Shown here: positions 43,195-52,002 of the stretch, piece by piece
Numbering within the stretch: position 1 is the stretch's first letter
Layout: each line of letters begins with the position of its first letter
Source: an uncultured Chlamydiae bacterium
GTDB lineage: Bacteria; Chlamydiota; Chlamydiia; Chlamydiales; SM23-39
DNA: 64,000 nt
Direction of reading: 5' to 3'
Assembly (NCBI GenBank): GCA_963828125.1
Contig: CAWHDP010000002.1
Location: forward strand, 128,001-192,000
Translations under genes and position numbers: made by a program
Notes under the pieces: model-generated
Seen by the model: the letters and a program-made list of their open reading frames with translations, nothing else
What the model was told of the DNA's origin: nothing
Database searches by the model: none

Positions 43195-44118
43195 ATGGCT
43201 CAGGATTTCATGATTTTTGCCGGATCGTCCCATCCGGAATTGGCCTGTGAGGTGGCAAAAATCTTGCACGTTGAATTGGGGCAGGTGCTGATAGAGACTT
43301 TTCCTGATGGAGAGATCGGAGCGCAGATTCTCCAGAATGTGAGAGGGAAAGATGTGTTTGTGGTGCAGTCCCCAGCCCGTCATCCCAACCATTTTTTGAT
43401 GGAGCTGTTGATTTTAACCGATGCTCTGAAGAGAGCCTCGGCTCGGAGCATTGTGGCCGTCATGCCATATTATCCGTACGCCAGACAGGATCGGAAAGAG
43501 AAAGGGCGAGTGCCGATCACGGCGAGGTTGGTGGCCAATTTGCTTGAGAGGGCGGGGGTCACGCGGGTGATGACGATGGATTTGCACACAGAGCAGATCC
43601 AGGGATTTTTCGATATTCCCGTCGATCATCTCTATGCCCGTCAATTATTTGTGAAGGCTCTCAAGGAATTGCCGTTGAAAAAGGCTGTCATTGTCTCTCC
43701 AGATATTGGGAGCAATAAGATGGCGAGAAAATTCGCGGAAGGGTTGAAATTGGAGATCGCGATCGTCGATAAGAGGCGGATCGATGGGCGGGACGTGGAA
43801 GTCAACGCCCTCATCGGAAGCGTCCAAGGGAAGAGTGCCATTTTAGTCGATGATATTTGTTCGACTGGAGGGACCCTGGAGCTTGCCGCGAAAGTTTGTA
43901 GAGAACACGGTGCGGAAACCGTTTTTGCCGTTGTGACGCACGCTCTCTTGATGGGCGGGCCTAAATTGAAGGGGATAGATCAACTTTTTGTGACTAATTC
44001 GGTGCCCCAGATCAAAGAGGAGGGGGGGATGCATGTCCTTTCGATCGCTCCCTTGATTGCAGAGGCTGTTGAGTGCGTTATTTCAGCAAAATCGATTTCG
44101 TCGCTATTTAAAAGGTAG
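43195..44118 (+). CDS. prs: Ribose-phosphate pyrophosphokinase
   Basis: FPDGE, YARQDR, DLH..QIQGFF and VDDICSTGGT motifs. Confidence 0.97.
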   Translation: MAQDFMIFAGSSHPELACEVAKILHVELGQVLIETFPDGEIGAQILQNVRGKDVFVVQSPARHPNHFLMELLILTDALKRASARSIVAVMPYYPYARQDRKEKGRVPITARLVANLLERAGVTRVMTMDLHTEQIQGFFDIPVDHLYARQLFVKALKELPLKKAVIVSPDIGSNKMARKFAEGLKLEIAIVDKRRIDGRDVEVNALIGSVQGKSAILVDDICSTGGTLELAAKVCREHGAETVFAVVTHALLMGGPKLKGIDQLFVTNSVPQIKEEGGMHVLSIAPLIAEAVECVISAKSISSLFKR

Positions 44119-44124
44119 AAAAAT

Positions 44125-44703
44125 ATGAAACTAGAAGTACAGACAAGAACGACTGGAAAAAAAGGGGAGACGAATAAGCTCCGCCGTGAAGGGAATATCC
44201 CTGCCATTTTATACGGCGTCAACGTACCTGGGATTCCAGTTCACGTAAAAGGCGATGAGATCAAGGCGATTTTGCGCAATATCCAGCCGGGGCTTTTGGC
44301 GACGACTTTATTTGAGTTAGTGGAACCAGGGCACAATAAGCGCCATAAAGCGATCATCAAAGAGATCCAATATAATGTGGCCTCTTATGAGGTCGAACAT
44401 ATTGACTTTGCCCTTGTGACTGAAAGTCAGCCTGTGACGGTGAACGTTTCGGTTCGGATCGTTGGCGCTGCTGAATGCGTGGGGGTGAAGCTCGGCGGTT
44501 TCTTGCGCCAAGTAGTCAGAAGAGTCAAAGTCTCTTGCTTACCTAAACATATTCCGCAAGAGTTGACGATTGACGTACGGGAATTGAACGTCGGCCAGTC
44601 GAAAACGTTGGCTGATATCGCCATTCCTGCACATGTCACCCCGGTCGCAGCCGATCTTTCCGGAGTGGTTGTCGTGGTCGGCAAGAAAGCGGGAACCGCA
44701 TAA
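44125..44703 (+). CDS. rplY: 50S ribosomal protein L25 / Ctc
   Basis: LRREGNIPAILYG, HIDF and GVKLGG motifs. Confidence 0.95.
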   Translation: MKLEVQTRTTGKKGETNKLRREGNIPAILYGVNVPGIPVHVKGDEIKAILRNIQPGLLATTLFELVEPGHNKRHKAIIKEIQYNVASYEVEHIDFALVTESQPVTVNVSVRIVGAAECVGVKLGGFLRQVVRRVKVSCLPKHIPQELTIDVRELNVGQSKTLADIAIPAHVTPVAADLSGVVVVVGKKAGTA

Positions 44704-44706
44704 GTT

Positions 44707-45321
44707 GTGGCTGACACTGCTTTGATCGTAGGACTCGGAAATCCCGGCAAAACCTATGATCGGACGCGTCACAATATCGGTTTTGCGGCTGTTGAGAGGC
44801 TCGCCAGGAAACATGGGCTTGAGTTCAAAAAACAGCTGAAGTTTAAAGGGCTTCTCGCCAGTGGACTCATCGGCGAGGATCCTGTGATTTTGCTGATGCC
44901 GCTGACGTTCATGAATCTCAGCGGCGAGGCGGTAGCGCTCGCAATGCACTACTTTCAGATTGATTTGTCCCGTCTGCTCATCTTGACCGATGATGTGGAT
45001 CTTCCGCTGGGACAGTTGCGGATCCGGATCAATAGCGGCTCTGGAGGTCATAATGGACTTCGGAGCGTTGAAGGATCTTTGCAGACGAATCGGTATCCCC
45101 GGCTCCGGATAGGGGTGGGCGACCGAACAGAGGGGGAGTTGGCAGACCATGTGTTGTCCCGATTCTCTGAAGGGGAAGAAAAGCTTGTTCCAGGCGTTCT
45201 GGAGCGGGTGGTTCAGGCCGTTGAAATTTGGCTGGACAAAGGATTAACCAGTGCGATGAATTTTGCAAATACGAAAAATTCATCGACTCCGAGCATTGGA
45301 GATGGAAATGAAGAAAAATGA
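44707..45321 (+). CDS. pth: Peptidyl-tRNA hydrolase
   Basis: GLGNPG, TRHNIGF, FMNLSG and GGHNGL motifs. Confidence 0.97.
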   Translation: MADTALIVGLGNPGKTYDRTRHNIGFAAVERLARKHGLEFKKQLKFKGLLASGLIGEDPVILLMPLTFMNLSGEAVALAMHYFQIDLSRLLILTDDVDLPLGQLRIRINSGSGGHNGLRSVEGSLQTNRYPRLRIGVGDRTEGELADHVLSRFSEGEEKLVPGVLERVVQAVEIWLDKGLTSAMNFANTKNSSTPSIGDGNEEK

Positions 45322-45655
45322 GCGAAAAGGGCTCTATGAGGGGATGTATATCCTTAGCGCGACGCTGAGCGAAGATTCCCGCAAGAAAGCTTTTGACAAG
45401 ATCACTGACGGGATCACCGAGAAAGGGGGCGAGATCCATAAAATTCACGAACAAGGGCGGAAGAAACTCGCCTATGAGATCGATGGAAAACGAGAAGGGT
45501 ACTATTACGTGCTCTACTTTACTGCGCCGACCCAGATCATTGGGGAGCTTTGGAAGGAGTACCATCTTCACGAGGATCTCATCCGATTTTTGACCATGCG
45601 GGCAGAGAAAGTTCTCGACACACTCGAATTTCAACCCATTAAAACCCAAGGCTAA
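45308..45655 (+). CDS. rpsF: 30S ribosomal protein S6
   Basis: [16 protein letters not shown] and GYY motifs. Confidence 0.95.
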   Translation: MKKNERKGLYEGMYILSATLSEDSRKKAFDKITDGITEKGGEIHKIHEQGRKKLAYEIDGKREGYYYVLYFTAPTQIIGELWKEYHLHEDLIRFLTMRAEKVLDTLEFQPIKTQG

Positions 45656-45657
45656 CC

Positions 45658-45960
45658 ATGTATCCAAGTCCAAAAAAATCATTCCAGCAGTATGGACAGA
45701 GCCAGCAGCGGGAGCAACAGCCAGTTGGAGACGCCTCGTCCCCATTTACGAGAAAGAAAAAGACATGTCCTTTTGTCGCATCGAAAGCCGATACAATCGA
45801 TTATAAAGATACCGAGACTCTGAAGCAGTTCATTACTGAGCGGGGCAAGATTTTGCCGAGACGGATCACCGGAGTATCTTACTATTATCAAAAAGTCCTC
45901 AAAAGAGCGATCAAGCGCGCCCGTCATATGGCGTTGCTCCCGTTCGTAGCGGAAGAATAG
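45658..45960 (+). CDS. rpsR: 30S ribosomal protein S18
   Basis: [17 protein letters not shown] and AIKRAR motifs. Confidence 0.96.
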   Translation: MYPSPKKSFQQYGQSQQREQQPVGDASSPFTRKKKTCPFVASKADTIDYKDTETLKQFITERGKILPRRITGVSYYYQKVLKRAIKRARHMALLPFVAEE

Positions 45961-45970
45961 GAGAGGCCCC

Positions 45971-46498
45971 ATGAAACAACAATTGTTATTGCTCCAAGAC
46001 GTAGAAGCCCTCGGTAAGAAGGGGGAGATTGTAACGGCGAAGCCTGGCTATATCCGGAATTTTCTTCTCCCGCAAGGGTTTGCAGTGGTTGCCAGCCCCA
46101 ATACGCTCCGCAAGCAAGAGAGGCTGAGAGCTGAGCGGGCCAAGCAAGCGGTCATCGACCGGAAAGAGTCGGAAGAGCTTGCCGCCCAAGTTGAGGGGAG
46201 CTCCCTCGAGATCCGTGTCAAGGTCGACCCAGAAGGGCATATGTACGGTTCTGTTTCTGCAGCTGACATTGCCCAGCTTTTCCAAGAGAAAGGGTTGCCG
46301 GTTGAAAAGAAATCGGTTCTTGTGAACAAGCCGATTAAAACGACAGGCGTTCATATCATCTCTCTCAAGCTGAAAGAGGGGATTGAAGCCAAGTGCCAAC
46401 TCTCGATTATTCCGGAAGGAGTGGTAGCGACAGGGATTGAAGCGGTCACCGCTCCATTGCCCCCTGCCGAAGAAAAGGGAGAAGACAAGTCTGAATAG
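45971..46498 (+). CDS. rplI: 50S ribosomal protein L9
   Basis: LGKKGEIV..KPGYIRNFLLP and YGSVS motifs. Confidence 0.96.
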   Translation: MKQQLLLLQDVEALGKKGEIVTAKPGYIRNFLLPQGFAVVASPNTLRKQERLRAERAKQAVIDRKESEELAAQVEGSSLEIRVKVDPEGHMYGSVSAADIAQLFQEKGLPVEKKSVLVNKPIKTTGVHIISLKLKEGIEAKCQLSIIPEGVVATGIEAVTAPLPPAEEKGEDKSE

Positions 46499-47318
46499 TC
46501 TCATCTCGCCCGCCAAGCTCAACTTGTTTTTTCGAGTTTTGCAAAAGCGGCCCGACGGCTATCACGATATTGCGTCTTTATTTCAGGCGGTCGATCTATT
46601 CGACCGCCTTTTTTTTTGCTATGCGGACGCCGACGCCCTTAGCTGTACTGATCCAGCCATTCCCAAGGATAACACCAATCTTGTGGCTCGGGCCCTCGCC
46701 CTCTTTCGACGCCATTATCCGCTCCCGCCCGTTCAGATCCATATTGAAAAGCGGATACCCGTTCAAGCCGGGCTTGGCGGCGGCAGCAGCAATGCGGCCA
46801 CGGCCCTTTGGGGCTTTAATGAGTTAGCAGGCCGCCCCTATACACAAGACCAACTGATCCAAATGGGCGCTGAGATCGGCTCGGACGTCCCCTTTTTTTT
46901 CTCATCGGGCGCCGCCTACTGCACTGGACGGGGAGAAATCCTCGAACCCTACCATTTGCCAGAGCCCCTCTCTGGTTTCATTGCGAAGCCCGCCTACGGA
47001 CTCTCGACGCCCCTCGTCTACCAAAACACTCGCCCTGCCGAAAGCCTGCCGCGCGACCCGCGCCAAGCCCTCAGCCATTACCCCCAATTCTTCAACGACC
47101 TAGAGACGCCCGCCTTCCGTCTTGAGCCGCGGCTCGCTATCCTCCAAAGAGAGCTTCGCAAGCGCTTTGCCACAGTCGTGATGACGGGCAGCGGGACAGC
47201 TTTTTTTTGCCTGAGAGGGGAGCCGAGTCCGATTCCTGGCGTCGTATTTTATCCGTTTGGTTCTCTGCACCGTCCCGATCTATCGAGCTGGTATACTGCG
47301 GCCACCCCAAAAGTGTGA
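46437..47318 (+). CDS. ispE: 4-(cytidine 5'-diphospho)-2-C-methyl-D-erythritol kinase
   Basis: PAKLNL, IPVQAGLGGGSSNAA, GSDVPFF and MTGSG motifs; start uncertain (probably near 46491); stop lies inside a palindromic element. Confidence 0.93.
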   Translation: MKRSPLHCPLPKKREKTSLNSLISPAKLNLFFRVLQKRPDGYHDIASLFQAVDLFDRLFFCYADADALSCTDPAIPKDNTNLVARALALFRRHYPLPPVQIHIEKRIPVQAGLGGGSSNAATALWGFNELAGRPYTQDQLIQMGAEIGSDVPFFFSSGAAYCTGRGEILEPYHLPEPLSGFIAKPAYGLSTPLVYQNTRPAESLPRDPRQALSHYPQFFNDLETPAFRLEPRLAILQRELRKRFATVVMTGSGTAFFCLRGEPSPIPGVVFYPFGSLHRPDLSSWYTAATPKV

Positions 47319-47339
47319 ATTTGGGGTGGCCGCAGTATA
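47292..47339. repeat. 48-bp palindromic element, family A copy 3
   Basis: TATACTGCGGCCACCCCAAA-AGTGTGAA-TTTGGGGTGGCCGCAGTATA. Confidence 0.97.
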
Positions 47340-47347
47340 CATTGATC

Positions 47348-47378
47348 CCACCATCGGCCAATAACTTGGCGTGTTCAA
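47348..47378. repeat. Family B partial copy
   Basis: CCACCATCGGCCAATAACTTGGC matches the arm at 13102-13124 with one mismatch. Confidence 0.8.
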
Positions 47379-47782
47379 GATTGATTCGTCATGCGCTGTT
47401 GAGCTTGAAGGCCCTTCTCTCTAGACGTTCCGAGCCACAATCCTCCGCCCAAACCGGCTAGCATGCCGCCCCCGATAACCGAGCCGACCGCTGTAAAAAA
47501 TAATAGACCATCACCAGATAGGCCGCAAATCGCCCCGCCCTTATAAATAAATAATTTAATAGCAAATGATGCAACACTAACTGTAGTAAAATGTGTAACG
47601 GGGAGGATGCAAATCACGGCGCCCATCCCAAATGCCAAAGAGGCAATGCCGATCACTAATAAGGCAATTCCAATTTCTCTTTTGTGATCTCTCATCCAAT
47701 CACAAAATCGGTGAAATTTTCCTTTAGGCGGTTCTAAATTTAATCTTGACTGAGTAGTTAATTTTATACTGTCTATAGGCAT
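47375..47782 (-). CDS. Small hydrophobic hypothetical protein (Inc-like)
   Basis: Hydrophilic N-terminus without a signal peptide, then long Gly-rich hydrophobic segments; AT-rich context. Confidence 0.65.
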   Translation of the reverse strand: MPIDSIKLTTQSRLNLEPPKGKFHRFCDWMRDHKREIGIALLVIGIASLAFGMGAVICILPVTHFTTVSVASFAIKLFIYKGGAICGLSGDGLLFFTAVGSVIGGGMLAGLGGGLWLGTSREKGLQAQQRMTNQS

Positions 47783-48029
47783 TTGTTTTATTTGTTTGTT
47801 AAACAGTTTATTGTAACTAAAAAAGAAAATAATTTCAACAGGGACAATATGAGGCGAATAAGCCGTCTAAAAAAGGGGGGCTGCGGCTTTGGCGTCGTTC
47901 AATTATGTAGATTTTTTTTGTGTAAGTCATTTATGATTAATGTATTGTGGTTTTTTTGTTTTTTTATTGTTAAGTAAAATATTTGTTTGTGATATAATTT
48001 ACAATAATAAACATTAAAATGGAGGTAAT

Positions 48030-48518
48030 ATGAATTCGGTTAGTGGACATAATAATGCTGGCAATAACAGATCAATTAATAGTTCCGGCGAGAATCAGCC
48101 CGTTATACATTCAGCACAACAGAAGACGGCACAAGCTGCAACATCGGCGATGTCTTCAACAGGGACTTCGTCGCCGCGCTCTGCAGAGCCACGAGCTGAA
48201 AGCAAGCAAGAGTTGCCACCGGTGGCATTGAAAAAGTTGGACGGTTCGGATTGTCAGAAGGCTATAGACAACTTTGAGAGAGCCCTAAAAAAACTGACTG
48301 ACCATCAAAAAGAGATTCTGCGAGATGGTGGTTGGTGGCTGAATTGCGCATGTGCAGTGAACAAGGATTTGAGCAAAGCCCGTGACGCCATGGACGCGCT
48401 AATAAAGCAAGAAGGAGATCCTAACCTGTATCTGCCAAGCAAGGCAAAGCCGGTCCAGCAGCATGCGAGTGGCGCATCTAGTGGATACTGGGGTAATCAG
48501 AATCCGAATAGCAACTAG
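48030..48518 (+). CDS. Hypothetical protein with S/N-rich N-terminus (T3SS effector-like)
   Basis: GGAGG SD; disordered MNSVSGHNNAGNN start followed by a helical domain. Confidence 0.65.
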   Translation: MNSVSGHNNAGNNRSINSSGENQPVIHSAQQKTAQAATSAMSSTGTSSPRSAEPRAESKQELPPVALKKLDGSDCQKAIDNFERALKKLTDHQKEILRDGGWWLNCACAVNKDLSKARDAMDALIKQEGDPNLYLPSKAKPVQQHASGASSGYWGNQNPNSN

Positions 48519-48582
48519 AACATCGATGTAGACAGCTCCAATTCCAATATGCTAGCCTCTCTTATTTGAATCTAGAGAGGCT

Positions 48583-49578
48583 ATGACAAAAGAGAAAGTG
48601 ATCCTAGTCACCGGCGCAGCTGGCATGATCGGTTCTGGAGTTGTCCGTTATCTGAATGATTTGGGACATACGAATCTACTCCTTGTCGACGATTTAAAAA
48701 GCGGCGAAAAGTGGAAGAATCTGCTCGGCAAACGCTTTATCAACCTCATTTCTAAGCATACGCTTTTTGATTGGCTCTTTTCCAAAGAGGGAGAGGTCGA
48801 TGCGATCATCCATTTAGGCGCTTGTTCCGATACAACAGAATCGAACGCCGACTATCTGCTCGAAAACAATTTCCGCTACACCATTCGCCTCGCTGAATGG
48901 GCTCTCAGTCACAACAAGCGATTCATCTACGCCTCTTCCGCAGCCACCTATGGCGATGGATCTCTCGGCTTTAAAGACGACGAATCTGCCTTGGAAACCC
49001 TCCGTCCTTTGAATATGTATGGGTTTTCCAAACACCTCGTCGACTTGTGGATGAAGCGCGAAAATGTGCTGAACCGAGTCGTGGGGCTCAAGTACTTCAA
49101 TGTATTCGGTCCCAACGAGTCCCACAAAGGGCGCATGGCCTCGATGGTTCTCAAAATGATGCAAAAATCTCACGACGGCAGCGCGGTTTATCTCTTCAAA
49201 TCAAACGATCCTCTCTATGCCGATGGAGGGCAGATGCGCGATTTCATTTATTTGAAGGATGCGGTCAAAATGACCTGCGCGTTTCTCGAACCGCAGTATC
49301 GGAACATCTCCGGTATTTTCAATATTGGGCAAGGGATCCCCACCAGCTGGAATCTACTTGCCGACGCATTTTTTAAAGCGCTTGGGAAGCGGACGAATAT
49401 CGGCTACATCGATATGCCGCCCGATCTTGCTGGGCAGTATCAGAATTATACTTGCGCAAACAGGGATAAATTCAATAAGATCTTCTCTTCTGATCCAAAG
49501 TACAGTGCAACGACTCCGGTTAGCGGGGCGGTTTGCGAATATGTGCAGGAGTATCTGATGAGAAACGATCGATGGTGA
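48583..49578 (+). CDS. hldD: ADP-L-glycero-D-manno-heptose 6-epimerase
   Basis: TGAAGMIGS, HLGACSDTTE, YASSAATYG, LNMYGFSK and YFNVFGPNE motifs. Confidence 0.95.
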   Translation: MTKEKVILVTGAAGMIGSGVVRYLNDLGHTNLLLVDDLKSGEKWKNLLGKRFINLISKHTLFDWLFSKEGEVDAIIHLGACSDTTESNADYLLENNFRYTIRLAEWALSHNKRFIYASSAATYGDGSLGFKDDESALETLRPLNMYGFSKHLVDLWMKRENVLNRVVGLKYFNVFGPNESHKGRMASMVLKMMQKSHDGSAVYLFKSNDPLYADGGQMRDFIYLKDAVKMTCAFLEPQYRNISGIFNIGQGIPTSWNLLADAFFKALGKRTNIGYIDMPPDLAGQYQNYTCANRDKFNKIFSSDPKYSATTPVSGAVCEYVQEYLMRNDRW

Positions 49579-50903
49579 AATTAGCGAAGATGTTCCGTCA
49601 TCTTCGTCCCTTTAAGGCTCTCGTGCTTGGAGACTTCATGCTCGACACCTACACGACGGGGAGAGTGAAGCGGATCTCTCCCGAGGCGCCGGTGCCAGTG
49701 ATGGAGGTGATCCATCAAGAGTCGAGGCCGGGCGGCGCGGGCAACGTCGTACTCAATTTGACGACGCTGGGCGCGGCTGTCTTCGCGATGGGCCGCATTG
49801 GGAACGACCGAGAGGGGGACGAATTGAGGCGGCAGCTCTCTAGAGCCGACACCTCTTGTCTTTTCATAGAACCGCACTACAAAACGCCAGTTAAAAATCG
49901 GCTGATTGCCGACAGCCAGCAGTTGATCCGAGTCGATTTTGAGACGATCGCGCCCCTCTCTGCCGAGTTAGAAGAGATTTTCATTGAACGGCTCAAGGAA
50001 TTCATTCCCCAAGTAGACGTCGTCGCCCTCTCCGATTACGGGAAAGGGTTTTTGACGAATTCTCTCATCCGATCGGCTCTCCAAATTGCGAACAAGGCGA
50101 AGATCCCCTCCATTGTCGATCCTAAGGGGATCGATTTTTCCAAATATACAGGGGCCACCATCCTCAAGCCAAACCTCTCGGAGGCTTACGCCGCAGCGAA
50201 ATGCCCCCTTAACGCTCCGCTCAATGAGGTGGCCGGGCGGCTCCTCTCTATCGCGGACACCCTTCTGATCACCCGTTCTGAGGCGGGGATTTCCATATTC
50301 AATACACAAGGGGAGCAGACCGACTTTCCCGTCCGTTCCAAAGAGGTGAAGGATGTGACCGGCGCAGGAGATACAGTGTTATCGATGATTTGTCTAGGGA
50401 TTGCCAATGGACTCGATATCCAATTGGCCGCCCAACTGGCCAATATCGCAGCAGGACTCTCGATCGAACGGCTCGGTTGCGTCCAGATCACCCTCTCTGA
50501 ACTGGCCGAGAGGCTTTTAGAGATCGATTCGGATACAAAGGTTTTCGATGAGAGCCACACCTACGCCCTGCATCAAGTGTTACAGGGTAAAAAATATTCC
50601 CTCCTCGTCCTTGAGAAAGGACAGACCATGTCGAATACCCTTTTTCGGACGATCCGGAAACTCTCAAGGCAAGAAGGGGAGGAATTAATCATCTATGTGC
50701 GCGAGACTGAACCTGACGATGAGTTCATCCATCTCCTCTCTTCTTTACATGAGGTCGATTACATCGTGCTGCAGACAGAGAGCCTCAAAAATCTCTGCAA
50801 TGCGATCCATCCTCACGAAGTGTATCTCTTAGAGCAGGACAAACTCATCGGCGTCGATTTGGCCAAAGATTTGCTCCATTCTTTGATTCAGCAATTGGTC
50901 TGA
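49572..50903 (+). CDS. hldE: Heptose-7-phosphate kinase (HldE-like) with a divergent C-terminal domain
   Basis: RISPEAPVPV, GGAGNV, SDYGKG and DVTGAGDT motifs. Confidence 0.88.
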   Translation: MVKLAKMFRHLRPFKALVLGDFMLDTYTTGRVKRISPEAPVPVMEVIHQESRPGGAGNVVLNLTTLGAAVFAMGRIGNDREGDELRRQLSRADTSCLFIEPHYKTPVKNRLIADSQQLIRVDFETIAPLSAELEEIFIERLKEFIPQVDVVALSDYGKGFLTNSLIRSALQIANKAKIPSIVDPKGIDFSKYTGATILKPNLSEAYAAAKCPLNAPLNEVAGRLLSIADTLLITRSEAGISIFNTQGEQTDFPVRSKEVKDVTGAGDTVLSMICLGIANGLDIQLAAQLANIAAGLSIERLGCVQITLSELAERLLEIDSDTKVFDESHTYALHQVLQGKKYSLLVLEKGQTMSNTLFRTIRKLSRQEGEELIIYVRETEPDDEFIHLLSSLHEVDYIVLQTESLKNLCNAIHPHEVYLLEQDKLIGVDLAKDLLHSLIQQLV

Positions 50904-50914
50904 GAAATGCGGGC

Positions 50915-50962
50915 TATACTGCGGCCACCTCAAAAGTGTGAATTTGGAGTGGCCGCAGTATA
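50915..50962. repeat. 48-bp palindromic element, family A copy 4
   Basis: TATACTGCGGCCACCTCAAA-AGTGTGAA-TTTGGAGTGGCCGCAGTATA. Confidence 0.95.
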
Positions 50963-51343
50963 GATCATCGCCGTGCAGGTAATTTCAATGAGGGCGTCTA
51001 AGGGGAGGCGCGCGACTTGGAAGGCATGACGGGCGGGCTTCGCTTCTTGAGGAAACATCTTCGCATAGACCTCATTCATCGCCTGAAAATCCCCTAAATC
51101 CTTTAAAAAGACCTCCATTCGGACTACATGTCCAAAATGGAGTCCTGCCGCTTCGAGAACTTCTTCGATGTTGTGGAAGATCTGGCGGGTCTGTCCTTCG
51201 ATGGTCGTCTCTACGATTTTACCCAATGTGGGATCGATGGCGAGCATTCCCGATAAGAATAGAAAAGATCCGGCTTTGATGGCTTGGGAATAGGGGCCGA
51301 TCGCTTTCGGAGCCTTATCTGTCTCGATTTTCTGAATTTTCAT
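50930..51343 (-). CDS. ridA: RidA/YjgF family enamine deaminase
   Basis: APKAIGPYSQA, MNEVY and PAR..VARLP...LIEI motifs; tail encoded by the palindrome. Confidence 0.93.
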   Translation of the reverse strand: MKIQKIETDKAPKAIGPYSQAIKAGSFLFLSGMLAIDPTLGKIVETTIEGQTRQIFHNIEEVLEAAGLHFGHVVRMEVFLKDLGDFQAMNEVYAKMFPQEAKPARHAFQVARLPLDALIEITCTAMIYTAATPNSHF

Positions 51344-51380
51344 GGATCCTCTCTGTGATTGCGCAAAGCCCAGTCAGCGC

Positions 51381-51474
51381 TGCGCACCCTAGCCCTGCAG
51401 TAGAGCCAATTTTATTTAGAATGGCTTTTTTTACCACCTAAATAAAATTGGCTCTTGCAGGGCTAGGGTGCGCA
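51381..51474. repeat. Long inverted repeat (37-bp arms)
   Basis: TGCGCACCCTAGCCCTGCA(GT)AGAGCCAATTTTATTTAG, 18-nt loop, CTAAATAAAATTGGCTCTTGCAGGGCTAGGGTGCGCA. Confidence 0.9.
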
Positions 51475-51603
51475 TTCAAATAGTTTTTAGAGGGAGTTGT
51501 AAGAGCCTATCCGCAATTAAACTGGACACCATCTCGTCCGATCGTTTATACTCACGCTGAAAATTTCGCTTTTGAAAAATGTGCCCAACTTAATATTTTG
51601 CAG

Positions 51604-51981
51604 ATGATGAGTAGAACCCCCCTTGAGACCCTTAACGCGATCGCCCAGGTGGTCTATGACAAAAAGGGGTTCAATATCTTAGCTCTTGACGTTCAAGGGC
51701 TTTCTAGCATTACAGATTTTCTTCTTATCGCTGAAGGGAATGTCGATCGGCATGTCTCCTCCATCGCTCGAGCTGTGATCGAAGAGCTCGATGAAAGAGG
51801 AGAAAACCTCGTCCACGCCGAAGGGCTGAAGACGGGGGATTGGGCTGTTTTGGACTATGGCAACATCACGGTCCATATCTTTAGCCCCGGCCTACGCGAA
51901 AGATATTCTTTAGAACGGCTCTGGAGCGGTAGCAAGATCGTAGATCTTGAGATCGACGTCTCCAAGCCGGCGACTGGCTAA
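51604..51981 (+). CDS. rsfS: Ribosome silencing factor
   Basis: DKKG.NI..LDV, WAVLDYG..VHIF and RYSLERLW motifs. Confidence 0.95.
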   Translation: MMSRTPLETLNAIAQVVYDKKGFNILALDVQGLSSITDFLLIAEGNVDRHVSSIARAVIEELDERGENLVHAEGLKTGDWAVLDYGNITVHIFSPGLRERYSLERLWSGSKIVDLEIDVSKPATG

Positions 51982-52002
51982 CCCTTTAAATGAAAGAAGA
52001 AC

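Noticed and set aside
43027..43392. Long N-terminal extensions of glgA and prs in the ORF track
   Set aside because: They run through tRNA-Gln; homology starts at 43026 (glgA) and 43195 (prs)
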